64,000 nucleotides of DNA, from positions 1,504,001 through 1,568,000 of the forward strand of contig CP169074.1 in assembly GCA_041891055.1 (NCBI GenBank). Reading direction: 5' to 3'. A model generated the notes under the pieces. That model ran no database searches. It saw only the letters and a list, made by a program, of their open reading frames with translations, and was not told where the DNA came from. Of the stretch, positions 18,143-28,712 are shown piece by piece. Position 1 is the first letter of the stretch. Each line of letters starts with the position of its first letter. Position numbers and translations under genes: made by a program. This DNA is from Halorutilales archaeon Cl-col2-1 (GTDB lineage Archaea; Halobacteriota; Halobacteria; Halobacteriales; Afararchaeaceae).

Positions 18143-19285
18143 ATGTTAGAGAACGAGCCCGTAAAACGGGTGGGTCTTGACAACATCGTCGTAGCCGACT
18201 CTACCATAACCTACATCGACGGTGAGAAGCCCGAGCTGATATACAGGGGCTACGACGTTCAGGATCTCGCCGAGAGATCGACCTACGAGGAGGTGGTCTA
18301 TCTTCTCTGGTTCGGCGAGCTTCCGACCTCCGAAGAGCTCGAAGAGTTCAAGTCGGATCTAGTCGAGAGACGCCGTCTTTCCGACGAGACGATGGAGATA
18401 CTCGAAATAATATCCGGAGACGGAAATCCGATGGAGGTTCTGAGGACGGCTGTGTCGTCGCTGCCTGCGTCGGCGGAGTTCTCGGTAGACACATCCGAGG
18501 CGTCGCGCGACGAGTTCCTCGAACTCGGAAAGTCACTCGTGGCTAAGATACCCACCATAATCGCCAACTACGAACGTCTCAGCCGTGGACTCGACACCGT
18601 CGAGCCCCGGGACGACCTCGACCACTCAGCCAACTTCCTCTACATGCTCGACGGAGACAACGACGAGCCCTCCGACGACCGCGTCGACATACTTGATGCC
18701 GCCCTCGTACTCCACGCTGACCACGGCATGAACGCCTCGACGTTTACGTCGCGCGTCATAACCTCTACGGGCTCTGACCCCTATTCGGCGATAGTCGGTG
18801 CGATCTCGGCACTCAAGGGATACAAACACGGAGGCGCGAACCAGGACGTGATGGAGATGCTCGACTCGATAGAAGGTGACCCCGTCGAACACGTCGAGAC
18901 GATGCTCGATGAAGGAGAACGTGTCCCCGGATTCGGACACCGCGTCTACCAGACTATGGATCCCCGTGGCGTAGTTCTCAAGGAGATGTCGCGTCGTCTC
19001 TCCGAGACATGGGAAGGTCCTGACTACTACGGGATGTCGACACAGATACAGGAGTACATGGAGTCGGAGAAAGGAATAGCTCCTAACGTCGACTTCTACT
19101 CCGCGAGCACTTACAGATGTCTCGGGATACCCACACATCTCTTTACCCCAATGTTCGCGATGGGACGTATTGCGGGATGGATGGCTCAGGTTCTCGAACA
19201 GAAGGAGGACAACCGTCTCATACGTCCGACGGCGGACTACAAGGGCAAGAGAGATAGAGAGTACGTTCCAATAGAGGAGAGATAG
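18143..19285 (+). CDS. citrate synthase (or 2-methylcitrate synthase)
   Basis: LIYRGY, DHGMNASTF, HGGAN, GFGHRVY, NVDFYS, RLIRP. Confidence 0.92.
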   Translation: MLENEPVKRVGLDNIVVADSTITYIDGEKPELIYRGYDVQDLAERSTYEEVVYLLWFGELPTSEELEEFKSDLVERRRLSDETMEILEIISGDGNPMEVLRTAVSSLPASAEFSVDTSEASRDEFLELGKSLVAKIPTIIANYERLSRGLDTVEPRDDLDHSANFLYMLDGDNDEPSDDRVDILDAALVLHADHGMNASTFTSRVITSTGSDPYSAIVGAISALKGYKHGGANQDVMEMLDSIEGDPVEHVETMLDEGERVPGFGHRVYQTMDPRGVVLKEMSRRLSETWEGPDYYGMSTQIQEYMESEKGIAPNVDFYSASTYRCLGIPTHLFTPMFAMGRIAGWMAQVLEQKEDNRLIRPTADYKGKRDREYVPIEER

Positions 19286-19344
19286 GAGTAGTTAGTCTTC
19301 TTTCTTCTTCTACTACCTACCTACCTACTCATCCACTTTCTACT

Positions 19345-20448
19345 CTACTCTATGTTCCAGTCGTCTTCCATCTTGCCGAGTACGTCGTTTCTTCCGCCGT
19401 ACTCAAGCTCCGAAGCCTCGACGGTTCCGAGTCCGAAGCTTCCCTGTTTCTCCCTGAACTTCCTGAAGAGCTCGCTCGTCTCGTCTCTCACCGAGTCCCA
19501 GAACGAGAAGTCGAACGGGTACATCGGCTCCGAGAACTTGCCGTCCTCAACTACCATTCCTGCAGCCTTGACTATCGGAGGCCCGTCGAAGTAAGACGGG
19601 AACTCGGTCTGGTCGCTCTTCGCGGGGTAGAATATCGAGTTGTGTGATCCTCTCATCGAACCCGCGACGAAAGGCGGATTCGCGAACGGCTGGAGAACCT
19701 CACCCGGCGACGGGTAGTCCGACTGGGTTCTCACGAGTGCGACGGGATCATCTTTCCCAACGTACTCTCCTGCGACGTTCCTGAGCTTCTGTGTCGAGAC
19801 CGAAGCCGCGGGCTCTCCTGAGTGGCGCGAGTATATCTTCTTGATGCCGAACCTGTGTGGCTCCATGAAGAGACTGACTATCTTCCAGGTGTCCTCGGGA
19901 GTCCTGAGACGTACTGTCTTCTCGCCGTCTCCCGTGTGTTCGAGATCCATTATCTCGAACTCGAATCCCTCGTGTATAGTGTCCTTGAGGACTAAGCCGG
20001 GTGTCACGCGTGCGTCGGCGAAGACGGTGTACATCGGCTGGTTGAATGCTCCGGGCTCAGTCTTGTCGGCTCCGAAGAAGAGGAAGGGCTCTGCCTCACG
20101 CTCCTCGAACTCCATCTCGGCGACTCCGGGTCCGAGTCCACGTACGTTCCCCGAGAAAGCGTCCTTGAGGAGATCCTGCCCCGCTCCGTAGAGACCCTCT
20201 TCCTTCGCCACGTCGGTACCCTCCTCGAATGCGTCCCACGCGAGTTCGTGAACCTCATCGGAGTCCTCGCCCTCCTCGTGGCTCATGAGTATGTCTATGT
20301 CGTCTCCGACTGTGAAGATCTGGTAGTCATCGAGGAAGTTACCCTCGGATTCGAGAGTCTCCTCGACTGCGTCGACGACGCCCTCGGTCGGCTTCCAGTG
20401 TCCCGCGTTGCTGCCTATGTCCGCCTTTATGACAGATAAGGTTCTCAT
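19345..20448 (-). CDS. fbp: bifunctional fructose-1,6-bisphosphate aldolase/phosphatase (class V FBPase)
   Basis: KADIGS..GH, VGDD, LYGAGQDLL, SGNVRGLGPG, DKTEPGAFN, YVGKDDP, MRGSH. Confidence 0.92.
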   Translation of the reverse strand: MRTLSVIKADIGSNAGHWKPTEGVVDAVEETLESEGNFLDDYQIFTVGDDIDILMSHEEGEDSDEVHELAWDAFEEGTDVAKEEGLYGAGQDLLKDAFSGNVRGLGPGVAEMEFEEREAEPFLFFGADKTEPGAFNQPMYTVFADARVTPGLVLKDTIHEGFEFEIMDLEHTGDGEKTVRLRTPEDTWKIVSLFMEPHRFGIKKIYSRHSGEPAASVSTQKLRNVAGEYVGKDDPVALVRTQSDYPSPGEVLQPFANPPFVAGSMRGSHNSIFYPAKSDQTEFPSYFDGPPIVKAAGMVVEDGKFSEPMYPFDFSFWDSVRDETSELFRKFREKQGSFGLGTVEASELEYGGRNDVLGKMEDDWNIE

Positions 20449-20540
20449 TGCTATACCATACGGTAGAGAATCCCTTAATTATAGTGTTTGTCAATTCAGT
20501 TCAGATGGGATGGAATTGGGTCGCAAAACCCCATCTCAGA

Positions 20541-21065
20541 TTAGACGAGACGTATACTACCGTCTCTCTGTCTCATCGCCTCGCCCTCGATACACATCGA
20601 GTCTATGATCTCCTCTGTCCTCTCCTCATCGACCCCTCTCTGTCTCGCGTACTCGATTATGTCGTCGTCCGTAGGACTCTCGATATTCTCGACGGCGTCC
20701 ATCACTATTCTCTTCTGTGGCTTCGAGACCCCTGACTTGGATGACTTCCTCTCCCTTGCCTCCTTAATCTCTTCGGTGTCGACACCCTTCTCGTCGAGAA
20801 GCTCGTCCTCTCCGAAATTCTCTTCGACTTTCGTGTTGAAGACATCCTCCTCCATCAAGCCGTTGTAGAGTGTCTCCATGTCATTCCTCTTCGCGAGCAT
20901 CAGCGACCTTGCCTCCTTTGCCTCTTCGAGGTCGTCTGTCTCGTGGAAGACCCTGAGACTGTCGAACTTCAACGTCTTTCCACAGCTGTGACACGTCGTC
21001 GTCTTGGGTCTGCCCTCGACTATCTTGACGCTCTCACAGTTCGAGCACCCGACTACTGAGTACAC
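20541..21065 (-). CDS. Zn-ribbon plus winged-helix protein (DUF5817-like)
   Basis: MYSVVGCSNC...TTCHSCGK; typical haloarchaeal family. Confidence 0.7.
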   Translation of the reverse strand: MYSVVGCSNCESVKIVEGRPKTTTCHSCGKTLKFDSLRVFHETDDLEEAKEARSLMLAKRNDMETLYNGLMEEDVFNTKVEENFGEDELLDEKGVDTEEIKEARERKSSKSGVSKPQKRIVMDAVENIESPTDDDIIEYARQRGVDEERTEEIIDSMCIEGEAMRQRDGSIRLV

Positions 21066-21126
21066 GACTGTCTTCTAAGCCACGCTCGATATAAACTCTT
21101 TCGTACGCCTCATCTATAAACCGAGT

Positions 21127-21918
21127 ATGGATCTCGGAATTCAAGACAGAACCGCCGTAGTCGCGGCGTCGAGCCGTGGCCTCGGAAAAGCGTGTGCCGA
21201 AAACCTCGCGCGTGAGGGCGCGAACGTAGCTATCTGTGCGCGCGACGACGAAGAGATCAGGTCGACAGCAGACGAGATACGCGAGGAGACAGGTGCCGAC
21301 GTACTCGCTGTTCCCGCCGACGTCACCGACCCAGATGACATACAGAAACTCGTCGACGAGACACGCGATACCTTCGGCAAGATAGACATAACTGTCCCGA
21401 ACGCCGGAGGTCCTCCGTCGGGCGAGTTCGAGGAGTTCACCGACGAAGACTGGAAGTCGGCGTTCGAGCTAAACCTCCTGTCGAGTGTCCGTCTCGCGCG
21501 TGAGACACTCCCCAAGATGGCGGAAGACGGCTGGGGACGTGTAATCTTCATAACTAGTCTCTCCGTGAAGGAGCCCCTTCCCGGACTCGTCCTCTCGAAC
21601 TCGATCCGTGCGGGAGTCACGGGACTCTCGAAGACGCTCTCGAACGAGTACGCCGGAGACGGCGTGACGGTCAACTCCGCGATGCCTGGCTACACACTTA
21701 CCGACAGGATGGAAGACCTCTTCGAGGGACAGGCTGACGAACGCGGAATAAGCTTAGAAGAGAGACTCGACGAGGTCGCCGAAGAGATACCCGCGGGACG
21801 TCTCGCCGATCCCGACGAGTTCGCCGACCTCGTCGCCTTCCTAGCGAGCGAGAGGGCGTCGTACATAACAGGGACTTCTATACAGGTCGACGGCGGATTC
21901 GTGGGTTCGCCGTTCTAA
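21127..21918 (+). CDS. short-chain dehydrogenase/reductase
   Basis: ASSRGLG, NAGGPP, SNSIR active-site variant, SYITG...VDGG. Confidence 0.92.
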   Translation: MDLGIQDRTAVVAASSRGLGKACAENLAREGANVAICARDDEEIRSTADEIREETGADVLAVPADVTDPDDIQKLVDETRDTFGKIDITVPNAGGPPSGEFEEFTDEDWKSAFELNLLSSVRLARETLPKMAEDGWGRVIFITSLSVKEPLPGLVLSNSIRAGVTGLSKTLSNEYAGDGVTVNSAMPGYTLTDRMEDLFEGQADERGISLEERLDEVAEEIPAGRLADPDEFADLVAFLASERASYITGTSIQVDGGFVGSPF

Positions 21919-21920
21919 CC

Positions 21921-22586
21921 TTAACGTATACCGTCTAGAGCTTCTAAGAGACCGTCGGCGTAGCTCTCCTCGGTGACGTGGTCGGCGGCGTCGAGAGCCC
22001 TCTCGTCGGCGTTCGATACCGCGTACGACTCGCCTACGACCTCGAATGTCGAGACGTCGTTCTCCGAGTCTCCGACCGCGACGAACTCCTCTGGGTCTCG
22101 TCCCATTATATCCGAGACGGTTACGAGACCCCTCCCCTTGTCGACGTCGGGCGACTTGACGTGGTAGGCGTACTTCGTGTCGTAGACCTCCAAGCCGTGT
22201 CTCTCGGCTATCTCCTCGACTGCGTCGAGAGACACCTCGCGGCTCACAGCTATCTCGGTCTCTCTCCACCGGTTGACGAGGTCGAAGCTACCCCATCCTA
22301 AGCCGTGCCCTTCCTCAGCGAGGTCTTCTGCGACACGTCGCGCCGCCTCGCCGTCGCCGTTTATCTCGACTCTGTCGTCGCTGTAGACTATTCCGCCGTT
22401 CTCGGCTATGACGTGGTCGTCTATGCCTATGAAACGGCATACTGCGTTCGCGTGTGCGAGGACTTTCCCCGTGGCTATGACTACCGGCTCTTCCCAGTCC
22501 CTCAGAGGATCGAAGATACGTGGGTCGAGCGATGCGTCTGGTCGTGTGAGTGTTCCGTCTACGTCTAAAACCAGAGGACAACTCAT
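21921..22586 (-). CDS. HAD-IIB phosphatase (archaeal phosphoglycolate phosphatase type)
   Basis: DVDGTLT, IATG, AENGG, DKG, GDSEND. Confidence 0.9.
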   Translation of the reverse strand: MSCPLVLDVDGTLTRPDASLDPRIFDPLRDWEEPVVIATGKVLAHANAVCRFIGIDDHVIAENGGIVYSDDRVEINGDGEAARRVAEDLAEEGHGLGWGSFDLVNRWRETEIAVSREVSLDAVEEIAERHGLEVYDTKYAYHVKSPDVDKGRGLVTVSDIMGRDPEEFVAVGDSENDVSTFEVVGESYAVSNADERALDAADHVTEESYADGLLEALDGIR

Positions 22587-22618
22587 CTCTTCTTCTGTGT
22601 GACTCTTATCTTCTATTA

Positions 22619-23656
22619 CTACTCGGGCTTGAGACCTTCTTCCTTTATCCTCAGAACTCCCTCGCCATTGGGTAGATTCGGAGCGTCAACGAGCTTGACT
22701 ATTCTCTTGTTGTCCTTGCTCTTCTTTATGTAGACACGGAAGGTCGAGGTGTGTCCGAGTATGTTTCCTCCGACGGGCTTTGTCGGGTCTCCGAAGTAGG
22801 CGTCAGGGTTTGACTGAACTTGGTTCGTCACGACAGCAGCGGAGTTGTAGAGGTCGGCGAACCTGAGTATGTCGTGCATGTGTTTGTTGAGCTTCTGCTG
22901 TCTGTCGGCGAGGTTGCCTCTGCCGACGTACTCGGCTCTGAAATGTGCCGTCAGTGAGTCGACCGCGAGGAGTCTCACGGGCTTGTCTGTCTCCTTCTTC
23001 TCGTCGCCTATCTCCTGAGCCTTCTCCGCGAGGAGTATCTGGTGGTCGGAGTTGAAAGCCTTAGCGACGTGTATGTTGTCGAGGAATATGTCGACGAGTT
23101 CGTCGAGTGTGTCCTCGTCGTCTACGTCGCCCTCGATACCCTCTCTCTCCAATAGATCTTCGAGGATCTCGTCGTCGAGCCCCTTTACCATCTGTGAGAT
23201 TCTCTCGGGTCTGAATGTATCCTCTGTGTCTATGAAGACGGTACTTCCTTCGAGACCTCCGTGTTCTTTCGGAAGCTGGACGTTGACCGAGAGCTGGTGT
23301 GTGAACTGACTCTTTCCACTACCGAACTCGCCGTAGATCTCTGTGATCGACTGTGTCTCTATTCCGTTTCCGAGGAGGTCGTCTATCTCGGGCACGAGAG
23401 TCCCGAGCTTCGATATCTCTTTCCTCCTCTCGAAGACCTGACTCCCCGTCTCGAAGCCGCCTATCTCCGCCTCCTCCCGAGCGCTGTTTATTATCTTCGA
23501 CGCCGTCGAGTCACCTATGCTCGTCTTCTCCGAGATCTCTCCCGGGTCCGCGACTGCTATCGACTTCACCGTGTTGAACCCTGCGTCGATAAGCTTGTCG
23601 GCGGTCTTGGAGCCGACTCCCGAAAGCTCTTCGAGCTCCTCTCCTGTCGTACTCAT
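22619..23656 (-). CDS. radA: DNA repair and recombination protein RadA (no intein)
   Basis: [38 protein letters not shown]. Confidence 0.97.
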   Translation of the reverse strand: MSTTGEELEELSGVGSKTADKLIDAGFNTVKSIAVADPGEISEKTSIGDSTASKIINSAREEAEIGGFETGSQVFERRKEISKLGTLVPEIDDLLGNGIETQSITEIYGEFGSGKSQFTHQLSVNVQLPKEHGGLEGSTVFIDTEDTFRPERISQMVKGLDDEILEDLLEREGIEGDVDDEDTLDELVDIFLDNIHVAKAFNSDHQILLAEKAQEIGDEKKETDKPVRLLAVDSLTAHFRAEYVGRGNLADRQQKLNKHMHDILRFADLYNSAAVVTNQVQSNPDAYFGDPTKPVGGNILGHTSTFRVYIKKSKDNKRIVKLVDAPNLPNGEGVLRIKEEGLKPE

Positions 23657-23721
23657 ACTTCTGAGTTGGTCACGAGATCGGTTAAATCTTTGTAGTGTGT
23701 CCTCGGACTTAGATTAGAGTC

Positions 23722-24315
23722 TCAGAACGGCACTCCCCAGACGGGGTACCACTCGGTCTCGTCGTCCTCGATGTCCATCTCGTCTTCGACGACAGTCGTG
23801 ACACTGAACTCGGCGGCACTGTCACGTTCCTTCGATCTCTCGTCCTCGGGAGCGAAGGGATACCAGCTTCCCGTGTTGAAGCTGTATATCCAGTAGATAT
23901 CTTCGCCATCTCTCCCCGTGAAGCCGAAGACTCCACACAGGAGATGTTCCGAGTATCCTCTCTCGACTATAGTGTCGGTCGCCATATGTACCGCAGTCAC
24001 GAGATCCTCGAAGTCGTCGTCCTCGACTGTTATCCATGTGTAGCCGTACGAGTCCTCGACCGTCTCGTGGGTAGTCCCCGTCTCGTCCTCCGAGACTTCG
24101 AGAAGATCCCGGATCTCTTCTACGAGGCTGTCGAACTCCGCCGAGTCCACTGTGTTGAAACACAGCGCAGCCTGCGAGTTCGACCCGTATCCCTCGGCTT
24201 CGAGTGTTAGATGTGCCGTAGATATGTCGAAGAGATCCTCGGGGTCTGCCTCGTTAGAGACGCCCTCGCCGAGTGCTGTGTCGACTACGTTACGGAGTCT
24301 GCTGAACAGAGACAT
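23722..24315 (-). CDS. PspA-associated PspAB-family protein
   Basis: DSYGYTW, DFEDLV, YWIYSF..G.WYPFAP, W.P.WG.P; located between htpX and radA. Confidence 0.75.
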   Translation of the reverse strand: MSLFSRLRNVVDTALGEGVSNEADPEDLFDISTAHLTLEAEGYGSNSQAALCFNTVDSAEFDSLVEEIRDLLEVSEDETGTTHETVEDSYGYTWITVEDDDFEDLVTAVHMATDTIVERGYSEHLLCGVFGFTGRDGEDIYWIYSFNTGSWYPFAPEDERSKERDSAAEFSVTTVVEDEMDIEDDETEWYPVWGVPF

Positions 24316-24318
24316 TCT

Positions 24319-25191
24319 TTACATCTGAGACTCAAGTTCCCTGAGTCTCTCTATTCTCTTCTCCGTCGGCGGATGTGTGCTGAGGAGACGTGAGATTATT
24401 CCCGTCTTCACCGGTATTATGTAGAAGGCGTTCATCGAACTCTCCTCCTGTCTCAGGTCTCTCTCGGGCACCCTGTCCATGCGCCCGTCTATCTTCATCA
24501 GAGCGCTCGCGAGTGCCGACGGAGACCCCGTGATCCTCGCGGCTCCCCTGTCGGCGGCGAACTCACGGTAACGCGAGAGAGCCCTCAGGAGAAGCGTGCT
24601 GACGATCCAGACGACGACCGACGCCGCGAGTGCGACCATCACACCGCCTCCGCCCTGCCTGTTGTCACGTCCCATCGCCATAAACGGCGACCATCTCACG
24701 ACCATGAACGCGAGTGTGGATATGAATGAGGCTATCGTCATCACTGCGACGTCCCTGTTCTTGACGTGTGAGAGTTCGTGTGCGAGGACTCCCGTAATCT
24801 CGTCGGAGTCGAGCGTGTTCATCAGACCCGTGGTGACGGCTACAGTCGAGTGTTTGGGCGACCTTCCCGTCGCGAAGGCGTTCGGAACCTTCGAGTCGAT
24901 AAGAGCGACATCGGGCTTAGGAACGTCCGCCTGCTGCGACAGACGGTCTACCATCTCGTGAAGCTCGGGTGCTTCTTCCCTGTCGACCTTCGTAGCACCC
25001 GCGCCGTAGAGGGCGATCTTGTCGCTGTAGAAGTACTGCCCGAGCATGAAGAGACCCATCACGAGGATGATACCCACAAATCCCACGCCGTAGGTAGCCA
25101 ACACGGCTATGAAGACGAGGTAGACCACCCCGAGGAGACCCATCGTAAAGAGCATCCTCAGTCTCAGGCTCCAGTCTGTTTTCCAGTCCAT
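24319..25191 (-). CDS. htpX: zinc metalloprotease HtpX
   Basis: PNAFATGR, HELSH, SRYREFAAD, STHPP. Confidence 0.95.
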   Translation of the reverse strand: MDWKTDWSLRLRMLFTMGLLGVVYLVFIAVLATYGVGFVGIILVMGLFMLGQYFYSDKIALYGAGATKVDREEAPELHEMVDRLSQQADVPKPDVALIDSKVPNAFATGRSPKHSTVAVTTGLMNTLDSDEITGVLAHELSHVKNRDVAVMTIASFISTLAFMVVRWSPFMAMGRDNRQGGGGVMVALAASVVVWIVSTLLLRALSRYREFAADRGAARITGSPSALASALMKIDGRMDRVPERDLRQEESSMNAFYIIPVKTGIISRLLSTHPPTEKRIERLRELESQM

Positions 25192-25319
25192 CTTTATCCG
25201 AGATATGTCGTCTACAGGGATAAATCTAACCGGAACCGACCGTGGGACTCGGCGCCGTATGAGAGTCGTCTCCGCGAAACGTCGCCACGCTTAAATCCGA
25301 ACGCGGCTTACTCTGGAGT

Positions 25320-26384
25320 ATGTCTTCGGCTTTCTGTCCCGAGTGCGGGGAAGAGACAGACCCCGATGAACTTCTGTGTGACGCGTGCTATGCCGACTCG
25401 GTAGACCCCGTCGAGGCTCCCGAGAACCTCGAACTTCGGGTCTGTTCGGTCTGTGGGTCGTACGTCGACGACGGCGACTGGACATCCGAGGAGGACGACG
25501 TTTCCGAGGAGCACGAACTCGCCGTCGAGAGGCTCCAGGACTCTCTCAGGGCACACGTCGAGGCGGAGAGTCCGCGCGTCGACCTACGTGCCGAGAGGGT
25601 CGACCCCGACGTCTACCATATCTACGTCTCTTTCACCGCAGACGTCCGAGGCTACCCCGTCCACGACGACTTCAAGACTACCGTCAACGTCTCACGCGAG
25701 ACGTGTCCGACGTGTGCGCGTATCTCAGGAGGCTACTACGAGAGCATCGTTCAGATACGTGGCGAGAACCGTCTCCCGACAGACGACGAGTTACACACGG
25801 CTAAGGAGATAGCTTACGGGATCGCGGGAGACGACTTAGACGATCGTGACACATTCGTGACCGATGTTAAGGACGTAGACGACGGGATCGACATCTATCT
25901 GAGTACCAACAAGGCGGGTCTCCAGACTGCACGTAGAGTGATCGAGGAGTTCGGTGGTACCTACTCCGACTCAGCCACACTCGTAGGAGAGAAGGACGGC
26001 GACGAGCTATACCGCGTTACCTACTCGGTACGTCTCCCCGAGTTCAGAGAGGGTGATCTCCTTCTCTTCTCCGAGTCCGGTGAAGACCGCGACCGTCCCG
26101 TTTTAGTGACCCACAACTCGACCGGGAAGGGCGACGTCGAGAAGGCGGTTGACCTCGTGACGGGCGACGAGATAAGAACGTCTTCTTTCGGAGACGCTGA
26201 GAAGATAGGGGACACCGACGACTCTTCCGAGACAGTCGTAGTCGACGACTCCGACGACGAGATACAGATACTCGACCCCGAGACCTACGAGACTGTCACA
26301 CTCCGCAAGCCCGACTTCATGCGTGATCCTGGAGACGAAGTCGAAGCTGTTACGACCGAAGAGGGAGTATTCCTGTTACCTTAG
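25320..26384 (+). CDS. nmd3: NMD3-family ribosome biogenesis protein
   Basis: Four CxxC pairs, GGYYESIVQIR, YRVTYSVRLP, QILDPETYE. Confidence 0.9.
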   Translation: MSSAFCPECGEETDPDELLCDACYADSVDPVEAPENLELRVCSVCGSYVDDGDWTSEEDDVSEEHELAVERLQDSLRAHVEAESPRVDLRAERVDPDVYHIYVSFTADVRGYPVHDDFKTTVNVSRETCPTCARISGGYYESIVQIRGENRLPTDDELHTAKEIAYGIAGDDLDDRDTFVTDVKDVDDGIDIYLSTNKAGLQTARRVIEEFGGTYSDSATLVGEKDGDELYRVTYSVRLPEFREGDLLLFSESGEDRDRPVLVTHNSTGKGDVEKAVDLVTGDEIRTSSFGDAEKIGDTDDSSETVVVDDSDDEIQILDPETYETVTLRKPDFMRDPGDEVEAVTTEEGVFLLP

Positions 26385-26388
26385 TATA

Positions 26389-27180
26389 ATGCTCCCTCAC
26401 GGATTCCGTCTCCCGTCAGTCGAGTACCTGATACCTCTCGTCTTAGGAGTAGCCCTCGCGGTCTACTTCCTCTTACGCACGAAGCCAACTGTCGAGACGT
26501 CGACAGTCGTCGGACTCCTGCCTTGGGTGGGACTCGGCGGCGTACTCCGTGTCGCTCACAGGATCGAGATACTCCCCGCGTCGGTCGAGCCCCTCTTCGG
26601 CACACCTTCCGTCTACCTCACGACCTTCGTCGCCGCGGTGACTGTCTGGCTTTTCGCCCTCCGGCAGCCGAGATCGGACACAATCCTCGGAGCCGTGGGT
26701 CTCTCAGTCGCTGTCCCTCTCTTAGTCTCGATCTACGTCTACCACGGCACGACGCATCTCGTCGCGCCGCTCGCAGGTCTCGTCGTCACAGCCCTTCTCA
26801 CAGCGGCTGTCTGGCTCGGCGTTGCGCGTCTCCAGCCCGACGCAGCCGAGACGACGGGATACGTGGGTCTCGCCGTCGTCCTCGGTCACGTCTTAGACGG
26901 TGTCTCGACGGCTGTCGGAATCGACCTCCTCGGATTCAACGAGGAGACTCCCCTCTCACGTGTAGTAATAGGGATCGGCTACCATCTCACACCCTCGTTC
27001 GGAGGGACGTGGCTCTTCGTCCTACTCAAGATAGCCGTCGCTGTGGGTGTCGTAGTCGGCTTTACCGAGTACGTCGACGAGAGACCTTCTGAGGGAAGAC
27101 TAATACTCGCTGTCGCTGCCGCGCTCGGTCTTGGACCCGGCGTACACAACATAGTCTTTTTCACCCTCTCGGCGGCTTAA
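26389..27180 (+). CDS. DUF63-family membrane protein
   Basis: Multiple TMs, LFGTPSVY, GHVLDGVSTAVG, LGLGPG. Confidence 0.8.
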   Translation: MLPHGFRLPSVEYLIPLVLGVALAVYFLLRTKPTVETSTVVGLLPWVGLGGVLRVAHRIEILPASVEPLFGTPSVYLTTFVAAVTVWLFALRQPRSDTILGAVGLSVAVPLLVSIYVYHGTTHLVAPLAGLVVTALLTAAVWLGVARLQPDAAETTGYVGLAVVLGHVLDGVSTAVGIDLLGFNEETPLSRVVIGIGYHLTPSFGGTWLFVLLKIAVAVGVVVGFTEYVDERPSEGRLILAVAAALGLGPGVHNIVFFTLSAA

Positions 27181-27258
27181 GCCTGTCATCTGTGTGGTAT
27201 GTGTGTGTTTACCATCCGAGACCGAAATACCGAAGGACTCGAAATACGAAGTTACTCT

Positions 27259-27786
27259 ATGCGCATCGATCTTCAGGTCTGTGAGGGGTGTTACACGGGG
27301 GAGCACGACGACGAGACCAAGAACGCCGTTACTTACGACATGGTCGAACTCGCGGATGTCCTCGAAAGACACGGTGATGTTATAGGTATAGACGAGGTGA
27401 CTGTGACAATGCTCGGCGAAGAAGATGAAGGGGGCGACCTCCCCGTAAACGTCGCATTCATGGAGAACGGTCAGCCCGTCGTGACAGACACACAGCTTAC
27501 CATGGAGAACGACGATGGGCAGTACTACGCCTACGTCAACCTCGACGACATACTCGAGGTACTCGCTCAGAACGTACAGGTCGTCTCCGACAGTGTCGAC
27601 GAGGAGGTAAACGTCGGTATCAGCCCCGATGCGGGTGAGATGCTCGGGATGGAGAACACTGGAGGAGGAAGTGGAACCGAGTCACAGCCCGAGACACAGC
27701 CCTTCGAGACGGCGTCTCCGTCGCCGACTCCGCCGGACGACGACTCCGAAGACGACTCCGACGATGTCGATCACATCTCTCTCTGA
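27259..27786 (+). CDS. hypothetical acidic protein with N-terminal CxxC...H
   Basis: MRIDLQVCEGCYTGEH...; halophilic amino-acid composition. Confidence 0.75.
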   Translation: MRIDLQVCEGCYTGEHDDETKNAVTYDMVELADVLERHGDVIGIDEVTVTMLGEEDEGGDLPVNVAFMENGQPVVTDTQLTMENDDGQYYAYVNLDDILEVLAQNVQVVSDSVDEEVNVGISPDAGEMLGMENTGGGSGTESQPETQPFETASPSPTPPDDDSEDDSDDVDHISL

Positions 27787-27830
27787 CAAATAAGAAGCCT
27801 TAACTTAATTCTCGCCACTTCTTGTATCCG

Positions 27831-28712
27831 ATGTTTAGTGTCGAGAACGTCGACTACACCGACTACACAAACCGCCAACTCCTTGCGGTTCCCGCGGGGA
27901 TACTCCTCGCCACCTTCGTAATCATAGGTGCGACTATGGCTCTCACGGGAACCCCAGCACATCTCGGACAGGAGTTCACCGGAGGCGTGACGGTACAGGT
28001 CACGACAGACGCTTCGATGGATCAGGTTCGATCCGACTTCACGTCGGTGACTACACCCGAGTCGGTTCAGTCGACACGTACGGGATACATACTGTCTTAC
28101 CAGCCGTTGTCTGAGAACGAGATGGATCAGCTCAGGAGCGTAGCATCGGGCTACTCCGAGAACTCGGTCGACCAGATTAGTCCGACGTACGGCGCTTCGT
28201 TACAGACACAGGGAATCAGCGCTGTTGTCTTTGCGTTCGCCGTGATGAGTATCATAATATTCGCCTTCTTCAGGACTGTGGTGCCGTCTTTCGCTGTAGT
28301 CCTGAGTGCTTTCAGCGACATGATGGTTCCGATAGGCGTGATGAATCTCCTCGGAATCGACCTGTCTCTCGCGACGATACCCGCTCTCCTCCTCCTCATC
28401 GGATACAGTATAGACTCCGACATACTTCTCACTCGGAGCGTCCTCAAGGGACGGAGAAGCGAGTTCCACGAAAACGTCGAGAAGGCTATGGAGACGGGTA
28501 TAACTATGACGACGACGTCGATGGCGGCGATGTTCGCTATGGCTGTCGTCTCACATCTCGCGTCGATATTCGTCCTACGTGACATAGGAGTGATACTCTT
28601 CGTCGGACTCGGAGTCGACATAATCAATACTTACATGATGAACGTGAGTCTACTCAGGTGGGACATAGTCGACAGGAGAGGTAAGGCGTCGAATTCAAGA
28701 GGTGGTGCGTGA
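27831..28712 (+). CDS. secF: protein translocase subunit SecF
   Basis: G.EFTGG, LIGYSIDSDILL. Confidence 0.93.
   Translation: MFSVENVDYTDYTNRQLLAVPAGILLATFVIIGATMALTGTPAHLGQEFTGGVTVQVTTDASMDQVRSDFTSVTTPESVQSTRTGYILSYQPLSENEMDQLRSVASGYSENSVDQISPTYGASLQTQGISAVVFAFAVMSIIIFAFFRTVVPSFAVVLSAFSDMMVPIGVMNLLGIDLSLATIPALLLLIGYSIDSDILLTRSVLKGRRSEFHENVEKAMETGITMTTTSMAAMFAMAVVSHLASIFVLRDIGVILFVGLGVDIINTYMMNVSLLRWDIVDRRGKASNSRGGA

Noticed and set aside
19296-19345. CTAC tandem repeats and pyrimidine tract
   Set aside because: Short low-complexity spacer between convergent genes, likely just a terminator region.
14474-23656. Inteins in Cdc6, DP1 or RadA
   Set aside because: Protein lengths are ordinary and no splice-junction or LAGLIDADG motifs were seen.
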